Assembly (NCBI GenBank): GCA_010093995.1
Contig: ML992501.1
Span: 3,058,489 to 3,122,488, forward strand
Reading direction: 5' to 3'
DNA from: Elsinoe ampelina
Taxonomy: Eukaryota
Length of the DNA stretch: 64,000 nucleotides
The stretch's first letter is position 1, and every line of letters starts with the position of its first letter. Under the pieces are notes generated by a model. That model searched no databases, was not told where the DNA came from, and saw nothing but the letters and a program-made list of their open reading frames with translations. Positions 59,234 through 64,000 of this stretch are shown here, piece after piece. Position numbers and translations under genes: made by a program.

Positions 59234-60856
59234 ATGGCGCAAGATCCCCCAAAGCTGGAGCCAGAAGTCCACAAACCTCCTCCTTCAGATGCCCCACTTC
59301 CACAACTTGCAGTTCCAGCGGAACGCAGACCGAACAGAAAGACTAACGGTAAAGGTGTACAGACTGAAGAAACTCGGATATGTGTTGTCATGGTCGGCCT
59401 GCCAGCTCGTGGGAAGAGCCTGATAGCGTCGAAAGGCAAGCCATCCACCCCATTCACTCCTTCAACCCTAACTTGCGGTAGTGGTCAGGTATCTCGGCTG
59501 GCTGTCGATCCCTGCAAAGACCTTCAACGTTGGCCAGTACCGACGAACAAACACCCCTACCCCGACGGCCGACTTTTTCGACACATCCAATGCTGAAGGT
59601 GAGCGGTTACGGAAGGCTGCAGCCGAGGCCGCGGTGAACGACATGATACAGTGGTTCGACGATGGTCAGGGCATCATTGCTATCTTGGATGCAACCAATT
59701 CTACAAAAGCCAGGAGACGATGGATACAGAATAGGTGCGAGGCGGCTGGGATCGAGACCATGTTTGTCGAGTCCAAGTGCGACGACGAGGATCTGATCAT
59801 GAGCAATATCAAGGAGGTCAAGACGACTTCCCCAGACTACAAAGGCCAAGATCCGGAGCTCGCAGCGCAGGATTTCAGGAATAGGATCCGGCATTATGAA
59901 AAAGTCTACGAGACTATGGACGAGGACGAAGCAGACCTCACCTACTGCAAGCTGATCGATGTAGGCCACCAAGTCATTATCAATCGCTTGAAGGACTACC
60001 TCCAGTCCCGAGTGGTATACTACCTCATGAATCTCCATATCAAGCCTCGCGCGATCTGGCTGTCGAGAGTGAGTCCAACCACTCCATTTACGTGCAACAC
60101 TGACCCGATTTCCAGCACGGCGAGTCCAACTTCAACCTCGAGGGTAAGATTGGTGGCGACGCTGACATCTCCGAACGCGGCGAGCTATACGCTCGCAAAC
60201 TACCAGAACTCGTCCGCGAATCAGCCGGCGACATGCAACTCACAGTCTGGACCTCGACGTTGAAGCGCACGATTCAAACCGCCCGCTTCCTTCCTTTCGA
60301 AAAGCTATCCTGGAAAGCACTTGACGAGCTCGACAGTGGTGTCTGTGACGGCCTGACCTACGGCGAGATTGAGGCACAATACCCTGCCGACTTCAAAGCA
60401 AGAGACGAAGACAAGTACAACTACCGCTACCTCGGCGGCGAGTCCTACCGTGATGTAGTCATCCGCCTCGAGCCCATCATCATGGAACTCGAACGCAGCG
60501 AGAACATCCTCATCGTCACCCACCAGGCTGTGCTGCGCTGCATCTACGCCTACTTCATGGGCTCCTCCCAGCAGCAGAGTCCTTGGATGGAAGTGCCGTT
60601 GCATACGCTTATCAAGCTTACGCCGCGCGCATATGGAACTGTGGAGGAAAGGTGGTATGCGAAGATTCCAGCGGTGAGCACCTGGCGCGGTAAGGGGAGT
60701 AGTGCGAAGCATCAAGAGATGCAGACGCCGGAGCCGGAAGGGAGTCATGAGGTGAGAACGCCCGAGTTGGTGGGCAAGGGGAACAAGGATGGGATGTTGG
60801 GTGTGAAGGAGGGATTGGGGTTGGGGTTGACTGTGGAGGGGGAGGCGAAGGTGTAG
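59234..60856 (+). CDS. FBP26: 6-phosphofructo-2-kinase/fructose-2,6-bisphosphatase (Fbp26-type, catalytic His present)
   Basis: VMVGLPARGKS P-loop, FNVGQYRR, LDATNST and WLSR|HGES phosphohistidine motif. GC-AG intron at 59436-59481 and GT-AG intron at 60069-60115. Confidence 0.93.
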
Positions 60857-61310
60857 GTGTCTTTGCAGTGGCGGGAAGAGGTGGTCGCAGGAGTGGGACC
60901 GGAGACAGAGTCAGGAGTACTGTATCGCGGCCCAGCAGTTTTTGGAATGGTGTGATTGAGGGTACGACCCACGCGAGGCCCAGCAGAAGCATGTGACCGG
61001 GCATGTGAATATGATATCACAAGGTGTAAATGAAGCAGTTCTTCACTCATGTCAGCGAAGCGCATCGAAACTCACACAACCCTTGTGAAACAAGAACACT
61101 CTTTCCTTACAATCACTCTAGCCTTCCTTCTATCATATCCGAGACAGCAAACAACATATAAATTCTGCCCAAGATCTTGAGCTACGATCGCAAACAGTTC
61201 TCATTGGACGCCCATCCATACTAGCATTGACCGAACAAGTCCTCAAGAATCGACCAAAAGTACACTCACGCATCGACCGCTTCATCATTGCCCTTGCTCA
61301 GCATTCTCAA

Positions 61311-62438
61311 ATGGCTGGCGACCGTACTATGGCGCCGCCCCCGCGACCAGTCATGCTCAAGCCAGCACCCAGACCAGCGACCGACCGAAAGACCACTGCA
61401 CCCGCTATCCCCTCCCACCTTAGCATAGTGGAGCCCAATCCTTCTGCCTCACCAGCCAATCAATCATATCCGAAATGTGCAGCTCCTGTACCATCTCATC
61501 GCAAGGAACGGAAATCGAGAGAATGGAAGCGACGAACGCCAGAAGAGGCGGAGGAGATCAGGTTGCACATGAAGGAGGTTGAGCGATTGGGTTACCACGA
61601 CAAGAAAGAGTTGTGGTCGGCGCAGTACTTACCTGCTGATGACGGCGAAGAGGAGAGGAGGGTGAGGGTGAAGTGGTTGGGGCAGGAGATGGCAGATGAG
61701 TTGGAGCGGGATGTGGTAAGAGGACATGGCGAACGGGAGGGAAAGGGGCCGGTCGTGGAGATAGGAGGTATTGGACACTCAACTGGAGGCCATTCGGCGG
61801 CATGGGACGAGAGAAGAGAAGATGATCATACACAAAAGAGCCGATCCACACGTCCGAAAAAGGTGTTCGTCCAGAGCAGCCTCTTCGCTGGGGTGATGCT
61901 GAATATACAGCACAAGTACGGAGTGAACGTCGGCCTGGTCTTGGAGAGACTCTATTCCAAGGACACGTCACAGGATCAGCCGCAATATCTCGGGATGAGT
62001 GGTCTACAAGCGGCAGGTCATCAGAGAGATGCGTTGCGTATCGTGCCGGACACTGGTGAGAGATCAGCGAATTATGACGACTCGGGAATGCAAAGCCTGG
62101 AACGCGGGTCGGTCTTGGAGGGCCAGAAAAGCACGAGAGCCCAGGAAGAGATTCAGAGCATGATGAGGTGTTGGGAAGCGCAGTATCCTGGTATATTGAG
62201 CGGGAAGGGGCGTCACTTGCTCAGCGTCGACTTGCGGTTGATGGATGATTTGGAACCTGTATTGCAAGAGCTCGGTGTGCGGAACGGAAATCACCCAGGA
62301 CACCAGCCATCACATGTGATTGGTAAAGAACTTGAGATGGAAGCTAGAAGACGCCGGCATCGCCAGCTAGTGTTCCGTGGTGTGGACGGCAGTCGAGAGG
62401 TCTTCAAACTGGACAGCAAATCATCGATCCAGATGTAG
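61311..62438 (+). CDS. Hypothetical protein
   Basis: ORF of about 375 codons from ATG 61311. No family recognised. Confidence 0.55.
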   Translation: MAGDRTMAPPPRPVMLKPAPRPATDRKTTAPAIPSHLSIVEPNPSASPANQSYPKCAAPVPSHRKERKSREWKRRTPEEAEEIRLHMKEVERLGYHDKKELWSAQYLPADDGEEERRVRVKWLGQEMADELERDVVRGHGEREGKGPVVEIGGIGHSTGGHSAAWDERREDDHTQKSRSTRPKKVFVQSSLFAGVMLNIQHKYGVNVGLVLERLYSKDTSQDQPQYLGMSGLQAAGHQRDALRIVPDTGERSANYDDSGMQSLERGSVLEGQKSTRAQEEIQSMMRCWEAQYPGILSGKGRHLLSVDLRLMDDLEPVLQELGVRNGNHPGHQPSHVIGKELEMEARRRRHRQLVFRGVDGSREVFKLDSKSSIQM

Positions 62439-63109
62439 ATTTGGGTAGCCTTTGCATTTTTGAGCCAGAATCACTTTAATATTCTCGTCAACATAGCTAG
62501 ATGACGGATACATGGCAGTCATAATCACAAGTGTCATCTTTGTGCTCCCCATGTGAAATAACGAGCATTTGACAGGTGGTGATTCGCCTTCCAAGTGGAG
62601 GTCGGAAGTTTGACGGGCCAATGACGTTGACGGACGGAAGCAGCCGCAGCTCTGGAAAAAAAGGCAAGAAGAAGCGGGACGAGCAGCAGAAAGCCAAAAG
62701 CTACTGAACCTCTTCCGCGGTTCGACATGACCACAACTTCACAACCCACCACCTCTTCATCTTCGCGGTAATTTTTGTGTGCTTTGTGCATTCCGGAGAT
62801 ACCCTTGCGCGATCTGATTCAGTTCTCCTTCGACTCACGGCAGATTGGACGACAAACGACTAGTGTTCTGAAGGCGCTGCACCGCTCGACAGCTCACTGC
62901 CAGATCATCTCCGCTGCCGGAAGAGCTTGGTGACAGACATCATCCCCAGCAACACTCCAGCTGTTGCGCCTCTCCAAACCGAGCGAGACACCAAGATCCT
63001 AGCACCGATCCTTGTGAACCTTTCGGCGCACCTCTTACCTGCCAAAGGGACTTCGCCATCACCTCCAGTCCTGGCGGACCTTCGGCAACACCTCGTGTCT
63101 TGACACGAG

Positions 63110-64000
63110 ATGGGGAGGATCAAAAAATCGGCCAAGGAGGGCCACGATGCTACACTTGTGAGTGAAGCTATACAGAAGTCAAGCGCACGACTAATAATCT
63201 CCAGTCTCCATATGTCGCAGAATTCATCTCAAAATGCACAGAGTTACCCCTCCACCAGCTACCCGCACATCTCGCCTCATTCCCGCCACAGTGGGACTTT
63301 CCCAAGAGTGATCTCCACTCCTGGATACCAGTCCTCAATCGCCTGGACCACATTCTGGAGCTGATCGTTGCTGAATACGGTCTTCGCGATGGACCTCAGA
63401 CGAAGCCTTTCGGGACAAGTGTTCTACGCAGGGGAGATGAGGACAAGAGCGCAGAGGTGGAGGACAGCACACTTCATGAGCTGGATTTCGAGCCTGATGG
63501 AGACTGCAAGCTTGCACAAGCTGTACTTGACTTCTCAGCATTCCTGCTCGAGCACAGCAGCAATCGCGGCCTCTACTCAAGCCAGGATCATATCAACCAT
63601 CTCCTCAACACCACCTCCCTCTTCCTACTCAAGACCGTGCTGAAGGTTTGTCTCCCCCTCGCTGTCCGGTTCTACGCGAGCAAGCACCGCTACACCTCTC
63701 CGCCCACGCCGCACCACATTCTGCTTCACAGTCACTACAACATCAATCAGGAACGGTTGTTGAAGATCGCTTCAAGCTTCGCAAAGAGGAATTCACCGTC
63801 ATCTCACTATGATGCCATCGCGGGCAAAGGCAAGCAGAAAGAGTCTGGCGCGGCGCACAACCCCAATGACATAAGTTACTTCCTCAAGAGCAAGAATCTG
63901 CCAGAAGTCATCAGACAGTCTTTAGGCGATGTGACCATCAGCTATTACGACCGGTCTGCGGTGGCACCCCCTTCGCAAAGGATGGAGCAGCCAGCAACCC
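63110..64000 (+). CDS. TOM1: 5' end of a HECT E3 ubiquitin ligase, Tom1/HUWE1 family (DUF908 region); runs off the window
   Basis: MGRIKKS...DATL| intron 63158-63204 |SPYVAEFI...LASFPPQWDFPKSDLHSWIPVLNRLDHIL...LLEHSSNRGLYSSQDHINHLLNTTSL, open to the window end. Exon 2 is missing from the ORF track. Confidence 0.88.

Overview
Gene-dense, intron-containing fungal DNA from a filamentous ascomycete (Pezizomycotina; introns are mostly 45-60 nt with GT(A/G)NGT donors, CTRAC branch sites and YAG acceptors). About 25 protein-coding genes can be modelled by eye. Housekeeping genes: LSM1, SUI2/eIF2-alpha, Rad26/ATRIP-like, CDS1, SRP68, a Cya5/Pet309-like PPR protein, TOK1, FBP26 and the 5' end of TOM1. 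Accessory genes: tyrosinase, TAP-like hydrolase, SDR, CFEM protein, ThDP enzyme, Zn2Cys6 factor and F-box proteins. The standout is a complete TPP riboswitch aptamer in the 303-nt first intron of a Thi9-like APC permease. Its switch appears readable from sequence: a second 5' splice site, a stop codon between the two donors, and a ~16-bp complement between the aptamer 3' strand and the bases preceding the second donor. Other points of interest: a 3.5-kb UIM-containing gene interrupted by two in-frame UAG codons, a ThDP-enzyme gene whose ATG is split by an intron, a structured 211-nt eIF2-alpha intron, and repeated sharp C-rich to G-rich composition flips. No tRNA, rRNA, CRISPR array or intact transposon was seen. 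All calls are by-eye motif recognition; no database searches were run.
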